Shown here one piece after another: positions 26,090-39,113 of a DNA stretch of 64,000 nucleotides; positions within the stretch are counted from its first letter, which is position 1; each line of letters begins with the position of its first letter. Source of the stretch: Heterodontus francisci (lineage: Eukaryota); assembly GCF_036365525.1 (NCBI RefSeq), contig NC_090387.1:90189691-90253690 (forward strand), written 5' to 3'. Made by a program: the position numbers and the translations under genes. Under the pieces are notes generated by a model that was given only the letters and a program-made list of their open reading frames with translations, was not told the DNA's origin and searched no databases.

Positions 26090-26830
26090 GGTCAGACATC
26101 TTGTGAACTGTCGGGACAGTTGGAAGTCCATTGTCCTGCCCATTCTATTCTGTATGGAGTGGTTTCTTGCACACCCTCCACTTCCTTTGCACATGCCGCA
26201 GCATTCCATCCTGTCATCTGGCAGAGGCGCAGGTCCAGAGAGGAGGGCTTCCTATGTGAGAGTCCATCCTCATCCATAGGGCATCCAAGGTGTTTCATGG
26301 GGCAGTTCCATGTAATAAATGTTCAAGTTGATTCATAGATTCCCAGACCACCTGCAATTTCTGTGGCCTGGAAGAGTCCATGTCTCATGTCTATATTGCG
26401 TGTGAGAGGTTACAGTCCCACTTCCATTAGTTGAAGGAACTGCCCTTCAATTCCATGCTCCACGTCAGACCCACACGCCTGATCCTAGGCTATCCGGCAT
26501 GGAGATAAGTGGCCTAGCCAAGGGGACATCAACAGGTCCAGGCAACAGGTGGTCGAGGGGGTCTTTTGGGCTGACTGGCTGCTTCTCTTCTGCTGTTTTG
26601 TTCACAACCGTGTGTCCCTAGTGAGGAAGTGTGAAGTATCTGCCAGCACACTTCAGACCTTCCGCAACCGGTGGCTACCAGAGGGACAAGCGTGGATCAT
26701 CACCCCTACAAATGTCATTTTAATTTGATTTGTTGAGGTTGCTTTTAAAGTGTTGTTTTTTGTTATAGTTTATTAGTGGTGCCCCTTTTACAGGGAGCAC
26801 TTATGACCTCTTTTAATTGACAAAAATCTT
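26090..26830 (+). mobile_element. Tx1/L1-like LINE 3' fragment
   Basis: Near 26352 translates CNFCGLEESMSHVYIACERL (C-terminal CX2C..H..C zinc motif of L1/Tx1 ORF2), followed by a T-rich 3' UTR. Confidence 0.6.
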
Positions 26831-27290
26831 TGGCCCATACAAAAGAATTAGAAACCAATCCCCTAGTGACAGGAGTTGAGCTTAATCATTTTTAGGTCTA
26901 TGGTGATACCAGGCTGCATTAATTGTTTGTATTTTAAGCGAATACTGTAGAACAATTGTATAAAAACATACTATTATCAGTCAATATATTAAAGCTTGTC
27001 AGAATCACTGGAGGCTGAACTTATATTGAGAAAGTGGGCTACAAAAGTGTCTGCTTCCATTTTTAGGTTGGCAGGGGTGGGAGGATCATGATTTGCGATC
27101 TGCCCATGCCCAGTCCCATTGTGGCAGGCAACACGAGGGGCCTGCGCTGCAATCTGGCCAAATTCTCAACAAGGGCCCAAGCAATGTGCAAGGCCAGCAC
27201 ATGTTCCAGTTAGCCTCCAGCTTTTAAAGGCACTCTGTCCTGCTTAAAAGGGAGCTGCATGAACTGAAAGTAAGTTGCTACTGAATACCA

Positions 27291-27545
27291 TTGGCTGAAA
27301 ATGGAGCACCATGGCAAAGAGAGAGCTTCCAGTTCATAGATATGCTGCTGGAGGCCTTAGTCATGGAGGTCGAACAAAGGAGAGAGGCAATGTTTCCACA
27401 GGGGACCATAAGGCCCTCAAAGAATGTCCCACAAAAGAAATGGCGTTCGGTGGCCAGGAAGGACAATCTCAGAGTCAGGCTCTGAGGACCTGGCCAGAGT
27501 GCTGGCAGAAGTTCAATGATTTCACATGGGTGGTCAAGGTCAGTG
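27291..27545 (+). pseudogene. Myb/SANT-like DNA-binding gene remnant of a Harbinger element
   Basis: F..LLEALVMEVEQRREAMF..W..VA....RTWPECWQKFND pattern (frameshifted), ending at a GT donor. Confidence 0.7.
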
Positions 27546-27659
27546 AATGCATCTTCATATGACATCTCAAACCCACCGCACCACAGTTTCACACAGCTCA
27601 ATATGCCATATTCCGTCAGCTGGCCCTAGAAATCAGAACTCAGGCCTAACATTCAAATA

Positions 27660-27830
27660 AATAGAAGAAAAATACTGAAGATGCTGGAAATATGAAATAA
27701 AAACAAAAAGTGCAGGAAATGCTCAGCAGGTCTGGCAGCATCTGTGGAGAGAGAAGCAGAGTTAACGTTTCAGGTCTCAGACCTGCCATCTGACCTGCTG
27801 GGTATTTCCAGCACTTCTTGTTTTTATATC
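27660..27830. mobile_element. Penelope-terminus-derived palindromic short element
   Basis: Same inverted arms as 12583-12790. Confidence 0.7.
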
Positions 27831-27914
27831 TAATATTCAGATACGCCACCTCACCCTCACACATATTCAAATGATGCCAGCCTCAAATCCGGCTCTTGTG
27901 GCTCCCACATACCA

Positions 27915-28600
27915 CAACAACAACTTGCATTTATATAGCACCTTTGACATAATAAAAGTCCGGGGCAGGGCAATACAAAATATGACATTGAGCCACAGAG
28001 GAGATATTCGGTCAGATGACAAAAATGTGGTCAAAAAGGTAGGTTTTAGGGAGTGTTCTCATGCCAGAAAGCGAGATAGGGAGGTAGAGAGGTGTAGGGA
28101 GGGAATTCCAGAGCTTACAGGCTGGAAAACTGAAGGTGTGGCCTCCAATGGTGAAGCGATTAAAATCGGGGATGCTCAAGCGGTCAGAATTAGATGAACT
28201 CTGATATTTTGGAGGATTGAGGGGCTGGAGCAGATTATAGAGTTAAGGAGGGGTGAGAACATGGAGGGACTTGAAAACATGAATGAGAATTTTAAAATCA
28301 AGACATTGCTTGACTGACAGCGAATATAGGTAAGTGGGCACAGGGGTGATAGGTGAACAGGACTTGATGTGCGGTAAGACAAGGGTAGCAGAAGCTCGGA
28401 TGAAGTTTATGTAGAGTAGAATGAATGAGGTCAGCCAGGAGTGCATTGGAATAGTCAAGTCTAGAAGTAACAAAACAATCAATCAGGATTTCAGCAGTAA
28501 ATGATCTGAGGCAGGGGTGAAGTGGAGCAATGTTATGCAGGAGGAAATTGTGTATTCTTTTAGTTTCTGCCCATCCAGTAGTGGAGATAGGATAAGCAAT
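27915..28600 (-). mobile_element. L2 LINE 3' fragment
   Basis: caacaacaacttgcatttatatagcaccttt tail; ORF 28243-28482 has ITPV..L..LSVKQCLDFKILIHVFKSLH (L2 ORF2 C-terminus). Confidence 0.75.
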
Positions 28601-28805
28601 CTGATAATTTAATCACCTTTTTGGTCCCAAATTGGCCCCATTACTTCCTTTACCACCCTTTAACAATTTGCATGACTATGGAAGACCTTGGGATTCCCTT
28701 TTATGTTAGCTTCCAGTCTCTTTTCATACTCTCTCTCTTTGCTTCTCTTATTTCTAGTCGTTTGGTTGTACAGAACTTGCATTATGCTGTTAATAGAGAC
28801 ATGTT

Positions 28806-28837
28806 GTCGAAGCTTTTCATCTTGCACTCATCAAGAC
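28806..28837 (-). ncRNA. Mutated minimal hammerhead ribozyme motif (second family)
   Basis: Minus strand gtc-TTGATGA-gtgcaagat-GAAA-AGCTTC-gac, with stem I gtc/gac and palindrome AAGCTT. The first core C is changed to T. Confidence 0.45.
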
Positions 28838-29559
28838 AAATCGCAAGAATACCAGTATAAGGGAATGCAACAACTTTATACTGTATGAGAAGAGAGTGCT
28901 GATTGTTGTCAAATGCCCTCTGATTGGTAGAGGCATTGCCATGGACAATGCACCAGTTTATTGTGACTGACAGTTAACTGCCAAGCTGTGTTTGAAATTT
29001 AAACCAGGCAGCTTGACTCTGATTGGTGAAGGCATTGCCCTGAGGAATGAACCAGCGAAGTTACTTATTTTGTTTAGCTGAAATAGGTGCAATGTGTGTA
29101 CATGTTCTTTCTGTCTGGCCCCCCTGTGCAGCTGAGCCAACCGTGGTGCCACGGACTTGGCTCTGACTATACTTTTCAGATGAATCATCACTTTCATCAG
29201 TATTCAGTGAGTAAGATGCCCTGAGGGGATTCCTGCATGACCTGCCTGTTTCTTGTTCGCTGGTGGCCAATTCAAGTTTATATTGTGCAAAAATTATATA
29301 ATCGCTACTCGTCAAAGAAATACATAGCATTGGTTGTTGATTTTGACAAGCATTAATCAGGAAAAATATCAACATGTCTATCGCATTAGACAAAGGAACT
29401 TCTTATTGCAATTATTGGGTGAGCTCAGTAAAGCTTCTTAGCAACTGCAATAAACTAAAGCTGGTGATGTATCTAGGATTCAACCACAGACATGAGTTCA
29501 ACGGAATACATTATAATGGGTTTAAACTAGTCTTATGCTGACCAATAAACGACTGTCAA

Positions 29560-29765
29560 TTTTTGTAAAAACCCATTTGGTTCACTAATGTTCTTTAGGG
29601 AAGAAAATCTGCTGTCCTTACCTGGTCTGGCCTATGTGACTGCAGACTCACAGCAATGTGGTTGACTCTTGAAATGGCCCAACAAACCATTCAGTTTGAG
29701 GGCAATTGCGGATGGGCAACAAATACTGACCTGGCCAGCAAATCCCACAAAAAGCAAATTTTTTT
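29560..29765 (+). mobile_element. SINE fragment sharing its 3' tail with the LINE ending at 53637
   Basis: ggttcactaatg..ctggtctggcc..gttgactctt..gggcaattgcggatgggcaacaaat; similar copy at 61910-62285. Confidence 0.6.
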
Positions 29766-30139
29766 TTTAATCTTTCAGCAATAATGTAAACCTGCAGTTT
29801 CAATGGGCAGCCCATGATACATCCCACCCGATTTTCAATCCCATTTAAGTAATTGAAAAAGAAAATCGGACAGTGTGTGTAATGGCTAGTGCATCAAATA
29901 TCGCTTGTTTTACATTTTAGGTGGAAGTTAACATGAACAGCTGTCGCATTTTCAGCAATTTCTTTAATACTTTAGAAGGCAATTGCCAGCACATAAATTG
30001 CAGTGTAAAAAAACGTGATTGAAAAATACTAACATTTTACTCCCAAAATACAGATAAACAATTTTCTGAAATGGTAAGAATACAGCAACAAGTTCCATCA
30101 GAACATTTTCGGATTTAAAAATTTTCAAAGGTTGTCCCA

Positions 30140-30990
30140 AGTAGCCCATTACAAATTTCCAACCATATTCTCCCAGTTGTTTCGAGTTTTACTTCCAAGT
30201 ATCCCTATTGTCCACCAGCTCAGCCAGGTGAACTGTACAGCTAGGAGCACTGACCACTATTGGGTTCACTGTTCTCTGAAAGGTTTCTAGAGTACCCCTT
30301 AACCTGTGTGGCGTCACTTAATACTGGAAAACCCTGTCCGGTGTAACAGAAGCTGACGTTTTCTTATTTTGGGTTGTCAAAGGAATTTGACAGAATTCCT
30401 CCAATACATCTGTTTCTTTAAGACATATGGTGTTGCCCACTCTGTCCATACAATCTTTTAAATGAGAATTTGGGTAGGTTACCGCAGTTACTTTTCTGTC
30501 ATGTATGCAGGTTTGAGCCAACACACCTGGTACAGACATCACAACTGCTTGCGAATTACAGCTTTCCTGACTAGGTTCAACTAAGCTGCCCTTCAGCGTG
30601 CATTGGAACTCTGCTTCTACTTGGGCCTGTCTGCTTGGACCTAAGCGGCAAGGATGTTGTTTTAAAGGAATGGTTCCCCCTATACCCACATCATGTGTGG
30701 CTAAGGTTGGATAATCTGGCTTATCCCTACAAATTCTTTGAATCGTTGTGAAAAGCCTGGTTAGGTTTTCACGCTGTTTTGCCTCTAAGTGCAAAGCCAT
30801 ATTGTCTAATTTTCCTAGCCATTCTGTATTCGCTACTCTGATAGTTGGAGGTTCAATTTGAGGATTTCCTAGGTCTGCTTCTGCCTCATCCTCACTACCT
30901 TTTCCTTCTCAACAGTCCTAATTACCTGACATACCTGCACTAACTGATCCTCCTCCCTGCGATAATATTGCTTTGGTATAGATTGTACCT
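30140..30990 (-). mobile_element. Degenerate Ty3/Gypsy RT fragment
   Basis: ORF 30318-30800: HDVGIGGTIPLKQHPCRL..DCMDRVGN..FCQIPLT..KTSASVTPDRVFQY matches the gypsy RT N-terminal motifs. Confidence 0.7.
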
Positions 30991-31705
30991 TATACGACAA
31001 GAAACCTGGTTCCTTTTATTTCTTTCTGATTGGTGTTAGATTTAGATCCCAACAATCGAGTTTCTAATTGATATGATCCCAGACGAGAGAGAAATTAATA
31101 TGCTGACAGCCTCAAGACCCCAATTTGTATGTTATCTCAGAAATGAGCAATTAATATCATTCCAAACATGAGCCCTCCAAATTAGTCTGATTCTGATCCC
31201 AGAGGTGAGCCAAATAATCAAATGCGATTCTATCGCTGCGTGGCTATGTTTGTATATCCTGGACGAGTCCCCGATTAATACATTATGGCACGACAACTCA
31301 AGGCAAAGCTCCCAATGAAACTAAATGGTTCTGAATGCAGTGGGATCATTGCACTGTCAATTCAGCCCCATTGTTCCATAAGTCGCTTCACGACTATCTT
31401 TAAGCTTTCCCAAATCAAAGAAAGCAGCAGCCAAATTAAACAATCTAGTAACCATCAACCCCACCAGTGTGTCTATCTATGTCTTTATGCTCTACCGGAA
31501 CCTCCTCCCACTGTATTACACCTCACATTATCAGCATATCCTTCTATTCCTTTCTTCCTCATGTAAATATAATTGTCCTTTAAAATATAGAGACAGATCC
31601 ATTTAAATGCAATGAATGGCTTTGAAATATAGGGAAACAGAACAGCTAATTTTTGCACAACAAGGGCCCACAAGCAGCAATGAGATACATTATGATAGAG
31701 CTATC

Positions 31706-31845
31706 AGTTCTGATGAAAGGTAACAGACCTGAAACATTAACTTTCCTTCTCTCTCCACAGATGCTGGCAGTTCTGCTGAGTAATTCCAGCATTTTTACTT
31801 TTATTTCAGATTTCCAGCATCTGCAGTATTTTGCTTTTATTTTCG
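31706..31845 (+). mobile_element. Penelope terminal-repeat fragment with hammerhead motif (31706-31742)
   Basis: agtt-CTGATGA-aaggtaacagacct-GAAAC-att-aact, then ctctccacagatgctg..tccagcat. Confidence 0.6.
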
Positions 31846-32899
31846 TTGTTTGTGAGACTTTGTTTTGCTCAAATTAGCTGCTGCGTTTCTCTACATTTCA
31901 AAGTATTTCATTGATTGTAAAGTAGTTTGGGACCTCATGAGGTGGTAGAAGGCACAGCCTTGTTGCTTCTTTATCAGCGCTGAAGCAAAGCTTTATTTTA
32001 TTTTCTTATCGTTGTTACCGTTAGACTCGACTATTCCTACACACGCTGGTCAACTTTCCATTTTCCATCCTGGATAAGCTAAAGTTCATCCAAATCTCCG
32101 CTACCTGTGTCCGACTCTCATCAGTTCCAGTTCAACCATCACACCTGTGCTCACTTACCTGCACTGACCCCTGGTTAAGCAACACCGTAAGTTTCAGATT
32201 CTGCTATGACGTTTCAGGTCTCTGTGACCTTCAGCAGAACTGGCAGAATTTAGAAATGTAATAGGGTTTGAGCAATTGAATGGGGAGAGGTGGTGGGAGG
32301 GGGTGTGAGTAAAAGAACAAAAAGCAAGATCCCGCCGGTGGAACCAATCAACCCACAAATGAGCATTTAATTATGCAGATTTGCTATCGGCCTCGACCAG
32401 GCGAGTAGCATCTGCAGGTGTTGAACCACTTCCGGGAAGGTCGCCCAGGGGTGGGAACGCCTGAGGCCGCTGACCCCACGCGTCTTTCACAGAAATGCGC
32501 CCCCGTCTCCTTGAGACCGGGAAGATTCTGCTTTAATTCCGCCATGGTGCACACCTCTTGTTAGTGTCTGAAAGGATGAATTGCTGGCCGGGCCAAATTT
32601 GCTTTGGCCAAGTCCATCCTCAATAGGCCCTAACACAGGTGGAAAACCGGAAAAAATGTTCGAATAGCCTGTGGCGGAGCAGAGCTGACATGTCAGTTTC
32701 AGGACAAGGAGTGACAAGCGATTCATGACACTGCTCCTGAATTTCGATGGGGTTCTAATCTCCCTCCGCAATTTTGGTGGAATCTCGGTGGATATCCTGG
32801 GGAAACAGAATGAATTGTCATTTTCAGGTCTGGGCCACACCACTTAAACATATTGCACGACATTTACTGGCCGACTCTGTCTTGCCGGAGGTTCTCCGA

Positions 32900-35560
32900 A
32901 ACCGAAGGCAGCAGGAACTATCTAGAGAAGGAATGGTGCATCTTCATACTCTAAGCCCCGTGGAGGAGATGGTGCAGGTCATTATCAGAACAGCCCTTGC
33001 TGAGATCGTGGGCAGCAGCGGGACTGAAACCATTGAAGATGATAATAGCACGTACTTAATATTCCTCAGATCCCACTTCCCCCTCATTCATCAAATCGTC
33101 CTGACTTACAAGCTGTAACCATGCATCTCTGAGTTTTCCCTCCCTTCTTACACCACAGCCTTAGCTTTGCGCCATTTTCCTTTCAGGTGTCCAGGAGGTA
33201 CAACACAGTGTTGGAAGAGCGAGCAGAGAGCAATTATGAAGACACAGTACGGTCACTATATTTCACATTCACAGTTACTAGCTTAGATATTGACATTGCA
33301 TGAGCCCTAGGGGATAGATTGGAAGTGAAATCTGCACATTGGGAGACACTGGGCACAAGTGGACTGCAGCAAGGGCAGGCAAAAAGATAGCACACGTGCC
33401 AGCTCACTGGAGGGTGAAGTCACATGCGAGTCTGCTACAGAGGAGTCAAATGAAGATTTTGATGGACCAGACTACAAAAGGAGGGTGGTAGGTACAACAA
33501 CGAATGTTTGATGCACTGGGATGCCTAGCAGAAAGCCTGCATTCAATGTCGATAACCATGGAGGAGTCCAGCACCAACCTGGCACAGGGCTATGAGCAGA
33601 GCTTGGATTCAATCTTTCCAGTATAGAAATAATGCCATTTCTTTTATTTAGAGATACAGCACTGAAACAGGCCCTTCGGCCCACCGAGTCTGTGCCGACC
33701 ATCAACCACCCATTTTATACTAATCCTACATTAATCCCATATTCCTTACCACATCCCCACCATTCTGCTACCACCTACCTACACTAGGGGCAATTTACAA
33801 TGGCCAATTTACCTATCAAACTGCAAGTCTTTGGCTGTAGGAGGAAACCGGAGCACCTGGCGGAAACCCACGTGGTTATAGGGTGAATTTGCAAACTCCA
33901 CAAAGGCAGTACCCAGAATAGAACCCGGGTCACTGGAACTGTGGTGATAGCCACTGCACCACTGTGCCGCCCATTTCATCAGCATAGGGCATAGGGCGGG
34001 ATGACATCATTCGTCCGTCCAGTCCACCAGTGCCTTTGTTGTTGCCTGTCTCCAACCAGTCCAGTCTTGCGCCACCCATGCCTATTTGGTACCATCTGAA
34101 GTACCACCTTCAAGGCTCACAGCTGCTCGAGGTCGTCCTCCAAGGCCATTGCAGTCTTCTGCATACAAGGTGAACAGCCTTTCACCAGCCATTGAGAAAG
34201 CACTGCGTAGGAGAACTAGCACAGGTAAAGGTAACTGCAAGACAAGTATTAAGGGAATACGCAAGAGTTAAGTTTAAGTTTCTGTGCAATATTACATGGC
34301 TTCATCTATAAATTTTGTCTGAACTGCTTATTTTGTGGTGGCTTTTATTTTTGTGTGCTGGCCAATAGAATGATGTGACATTCGGTGAGGGATTGAGGGT
34401 ATGGAATTTGGGATTGTGGTGGATGGGGAATTGGGGTTGCAATTACAGCTATCACACAGATATCACAGATATCAATATCAGAGTTGACTACGTTAAGCCT
34501 GAGCAGAAAGGCGTTGTCTAGGTTGCTGCCTCCCTATTTTCCTCACCCTCCTTTTCCTCGTGATTCTTCTCCTCAACTTCTCATGTGACAGCTGATGGCA
34601 AGAGCTGCCACCTCAAGATATGCAGTATACCACCATGAATCTGGAAGCCTGTTTAGCCAAATACTGCTCTAAAGCTGTCCAGGCAGTGGAAACGTTGCTT
34701 CAGTATATCAAAGGTCTGCTTTATTAGATTTCTTGTAGCAACATGGTTGTCTTTGTATACACACTGCAGAGGTGTGCATGTGTTGTGAACCGGAGTCAGG
34801 AGCCATGTCGTCAGCGGATGCTTCTGGTTACCCAATAGCCATACTTTGATTTCTCCTGATGACTGAAATCTCGCTGGCACAGGAGATTGCCATCGAATGA
34901 AGACATCATTGCTGTTCCTAGGATCCCGGGCATTGGCTTACATGATGCACAACTTATGATCACACATCAACTGGACATTGAGGAACCGGAATCCCAAAGC
35001 ATTATGCCTGCAGTCACTGGCAGCCTGCGCCATGGCGAAGTCTGTAATTCTTGGAAACGCTCGTGCTCACTCTGCCAGCTTGTCGCTGAAATGAAATTAA
35101 TTATTTTTGAACACAGGGTATCAACGACCTTGCTTATGCAATGGTGGATTGCAAGTGTTGATATTTTACTAAGAACTCCAGCTCCAGCCTGGAAAGAGCC
35201 AGACAAACAACAGTTGATTGTCATAGTCAGCTTCACAGCGATTGCCAATGTGGCCCTTGCCCTGCTGTGAGCTTGCAGTTGTGGCTACAGCACTTGGTGT
35301 ATTTCAGTGTGGACCTCCTTAGGCTGCTCTTGCACTGTTTCTCATTGAGGTTCAGGTAGGATAATTACTCTTTGAACACTCTGGGCAGGTATGGCCTTTT
35401 GTTGAGAACCCTTCTCCCCCACCCTCCTCCTCCTCCCTTTTCCAGCAGCTTGTCCTGCTCTGCATGGTTTCTTCTCATTTGCTCCGTCATGCTCTACCTC
35501 AAGAGGAAGGCCTACAAGTTCACCCATGCCTGAAAGCAACTGATTTGTGCAGGAATCTTG
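32900..35560. mobile_element. Harbinger/PIF element remnant (transposase on minus at 34650-35400; Myb-protein C-terminal remnants on plus)
   Basis: ORF 34653-34880 WLLGNQKHPLTTWLLTP..HVATRNLIKQTFDILKQRFHCLD and ORF 34967-35248 VKLT..SGSFQ are HARBI1-type DDE segments. Confidence 0.75.
33643..33972 (-). mobile_element. HE1-type V-SINE
   Basis: tRNA-derived head GGGCGGCACAGTGG, V-SINE core (GGTTTCCTCC), and CR1-like tail GGGCCGAAGGGCCTGTTTC. Confidence 0.85.
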
Positions 35561-37921
35561 AAGTCAACACTAAATACTGCAGCACCTGCCACATCACTCC
35601 CTGCAGACAATTGAAGCTTGAAGCAATTATGGACAAAATGGGGAAGGCTTCGAGTCGTAGCAACAACCAGAAGAAATCAAGCAACAACTAACTTATAAGT
35701 AGTTGATGATCCCTGTAAAAGTGCTGGTGGATGGGGCCTTCCTGCTGTTGAAAGACTGTTTAGTTGTGTGATGCCTAAAAGCAGGCATTGGCTGGACCGT
35801 TGAGCTCCAATATGCAGACTTATGGGGACTAAATTGGACAGTTCTTTCAAAGAGGCTGCACAGGCACGCTGGGCCAAATGGCTTCTTGCAATGCTGTAAG
35901 ATTCTCCAGTTCTCTCTGAAATCTTACCTGTGTTGAGATAGGTCGTAGCCTGCGGAAGGTCGTGTGGGAAACAATAAGGGGGGGGGGGAAATTCTACTCG
36001 AGTATGTCCTCATCAATCCACCAGCAGATGCATTTGCCTGGTCTGCATACTTCCTGAAGACTCCCATTGCTTACAAACTAACACCTGCACCAAGATGTTT
36101 TTAGACATGCTTTGCATCACAGTTGTCCACACGTGTTGCAGAGGCCATTTTGCACCGAGCGACCAAAAAGCGGGCGTTAATGAGCTTAATTTCTCGCCCA
36201 GCATGGCTCAGCCATTGGTTGAAGAGGCACACTGTTGCTTGTCCTGCTCACACACATACCACAGGTCCCCTCTAGAGGGCAGCATACTGTAAAGAATCAC
36301 GAGCAATCCTCAGTTGCCCCTCAAAAGTTCACGAAACCTTTGTGGACAGTTGCCAAATTAATGAACACCGAGAGCGGCTCTTTTGTTCGTGACCGCAAAA
36401 TTGGGGGACGTGATCTTCATACACTTCACTGTGGGGATGGATTGATGCATTACACACTGACAACCTGGTGACTATCTTTCCATTGTCCCTCTCCCTCTCA
36501 ATCAGACCTGTGTCAAAGTTCTTCCCTCCCTGCATCTGTCCATGATCAATAGATGCATCAAGGAATCTGTGGGTCACTTTGTCCCCTGTACACGTGATCC
36601 GAGATTAATTTTCTACAAACCTTTGTTCTTTTGTAGGTAAACAGTGATATTTGTGTCTGTGCCCCTGCGTTTGAAGCATCTATAAGCCATTAAATGCTGT
36701 GACAGACGAGTTCAGCCTTCTTCCAACCCATTATCGATTTTGTGCACTGAGTCGCTTCCCAGTATGATAATTGCTGACCATATTTTGATTGGAAGAGTCA
36801 CCGAGCATTGGTTGGATAGTTATTAGTAGCCTACCTGGCTACTTTTGCCAATTATCAAATAGAAAGTGGCACAGAAACAGCATAAACAGCCGTCCTGCAC
36901 ACTGCACGTGGTATATGTTGGGGTTTGCCGCAGTCACTGAAGTTATCGCAGGAGATCTGGAGTATATCACTAAACTTATGGGCCGTAGAGCTTTAAATAT
37001 TTCACAATTTCCTACACTGCAGTTCGAAACATCTCTGCTGACTTGGTTGAAATGACGTAGATCATTGCGGGAGAATGTTGGCACAGATCTCGCAATGTCC
37101 CGCTGTATATTCTCTGGACGATTAACGCAAACTCTGCACAAATGAGTAACGGCTGGAATTAACCATTCTCGCCGTTTTCCGGGAAGTCTGCCTGTTTCCT
37201 GTCAGAGAACTCCGTCGAAATTCTATACGTACTGCCCTGAAATCCACCATTTCCGGATCAGTCCATCCCCTTTTCATCACAGTTTTCCTTAATGTAGGAC
37301 GTCCTGAGGCAAGGCCGGTCCAGCTGCTGTGTGTAACGAAACCGGGCGGACCACCTGGCATCAACTTAGGAACCGGGAATGGCAACGACACGCCAAACCC
37401 TGCAGAATCCTCCTTACTAACATCTGGAGGCTCGTGCCGCAATTGGGAGAGCTGTCCTACAGAATAGTCAAGCAACAGCCTGATATCGTCATACTCTCAG
37501 AATCATATCTTACGCCAATGCCCTGGACACCGCCATTACCATCCCTGGGTATGTCCTGTCCCACCGGCAGGACAGACCCAGCAGAGCTGGCAACACAGTG
37601 GTATACGTTCGGGTGGAGTGCCCTGGGAGTAATCCTTAACATTGAATCCGGACCACATGAAGTCTCATGGCACGAGGTCAAACATGGGCATGGAAACCTG
37701 CTTATTACCGCCTGGCAGAAGCACTGAGTGTCCATCATCAGGATGGTACTTCGGTAGCACCACTACTGACTGAGCTGGCCAAGTCCTGAAGGACCTATCT
37801 GCTAGACTGGGCCTGCAGCAGGTGGTTTGGGAACCAATAAAGGAGAAAAATCTGCTCGAGTATGGTCTCATCAATCCACTAATCGCAGATGCATCTATGA
37901 CAGTATAGGTAGGATTGACCA

Positions 37922-38600
37922 TGTTGTGTCTAATCCGCACTTACTCTTAAAGAATTCATGGAAGCTGATTGGTGAAAGGTACATCAATGTTTTATTCACA
38001 CACTAAATCATCATGTACAATCTCTCACTACTTACACTGTGTACGACATGTAAAGGCACGAGGTGATCAGTCTCGGACTTGCGGCTGTTCTCCTGTTCTC
38101 TGAGTCCCTGACTCAGGGGTCTCTTCTCGAGTGTTCTTCCCAGGGTTCTTGTGCCATTCCCAGTTTCAGTCAGGGATTGAATCCTGTTTCCAAGACCCTC
38201 TTCTCTTACTTATAGGGGTCTGGTACAATGATAATTCCTTGTTTGGTTCAGTGAGAGCCTAGTCAGCACTTCTCAATTTCCACACTTCCCCATTGTCTAG
38301 CCATAAGTCTAAACTTATCTCGTGTCCATGTCGACTGCTTTATCTGCTACATGCAAGGACCTTTTCTGGTTTCATCACGTCAGCACTTCTTGTTTTAACA
38401 TGTTTTCCTGTGCTGTCTGCAATTCCGTGGATATCTGTGTCTTGTTCCCCTTTCTACCCAACAGCACTCCACCCCGCCGCCGCACCCCACCCCCCACCCC
38501 CATGTCTCAACACACTGTGTAATTATTTATAACTAGCCCCTTTGTCTCAACTAAGTTCTTATGTGTTTTTACTGAGTGTACAGTTTTTACTGGGTCTACA
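37922..38600 (-). repeat. ERV 3' LTR
   Basis: TGTTGTG...GGGTCTACA. The adjacent C-run at 38605-38630 is the minus-strand PPT. AATAAA on the minus strand near 37990. Confidence 0.9.
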
Positions 38601-38739
38601 GACACCCCCCGCCCCCCCCCCCCCCCCCACCACCACCACTTTGATCCTGCAGGGCTATGCCCAAGGGATCACACTTTCATGTCCCTTAGGTTGTACACTT
38701 GTTCAATTGCAATTTTATAAGCAGGGTAATGTTAAAGAT

Positions 38740-39111
38740 TAGTTTAGTTTAGAGATACAGCACTGAAACAGGCCCTTCGGCCCACCGAGTCTGTGCCGAC
38801 CATCAACCACCCATTTATACTAATCCTGCACTAATTCCATATTCCTACCACATCCCCACCTGTCCCTACATTTCCCTACCACCTACCTATACTAGGGGCA
38901 ATTGCTAATGGCCAATTTACCTATCAACCTGCAAGTCTTTGGCTGTGGGAGGAAACGGGAGCACCCGGCGAAAACCCACGCGGTCACAGGGAGAACTTGA
39001 AAACTCCACACAGGCAGCACCCAGAACTAAACCCAGGTCACTGGAGCTATGAGGCTGCGATGCTAACCACTGCGCCACTGTGCCGCCCCCACTGCGCCAC
39101 TGTGCCGCCCC
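38740..39111 (-). mobile_element. HE1-type V-SINE inserted between env and the 3' LTR
   Basis: Same family as 33643-33972, with a tandem duplication of about 20 bp at its 5' end. Confidence 0.85.
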
Positions 39112-39113
39112 AA

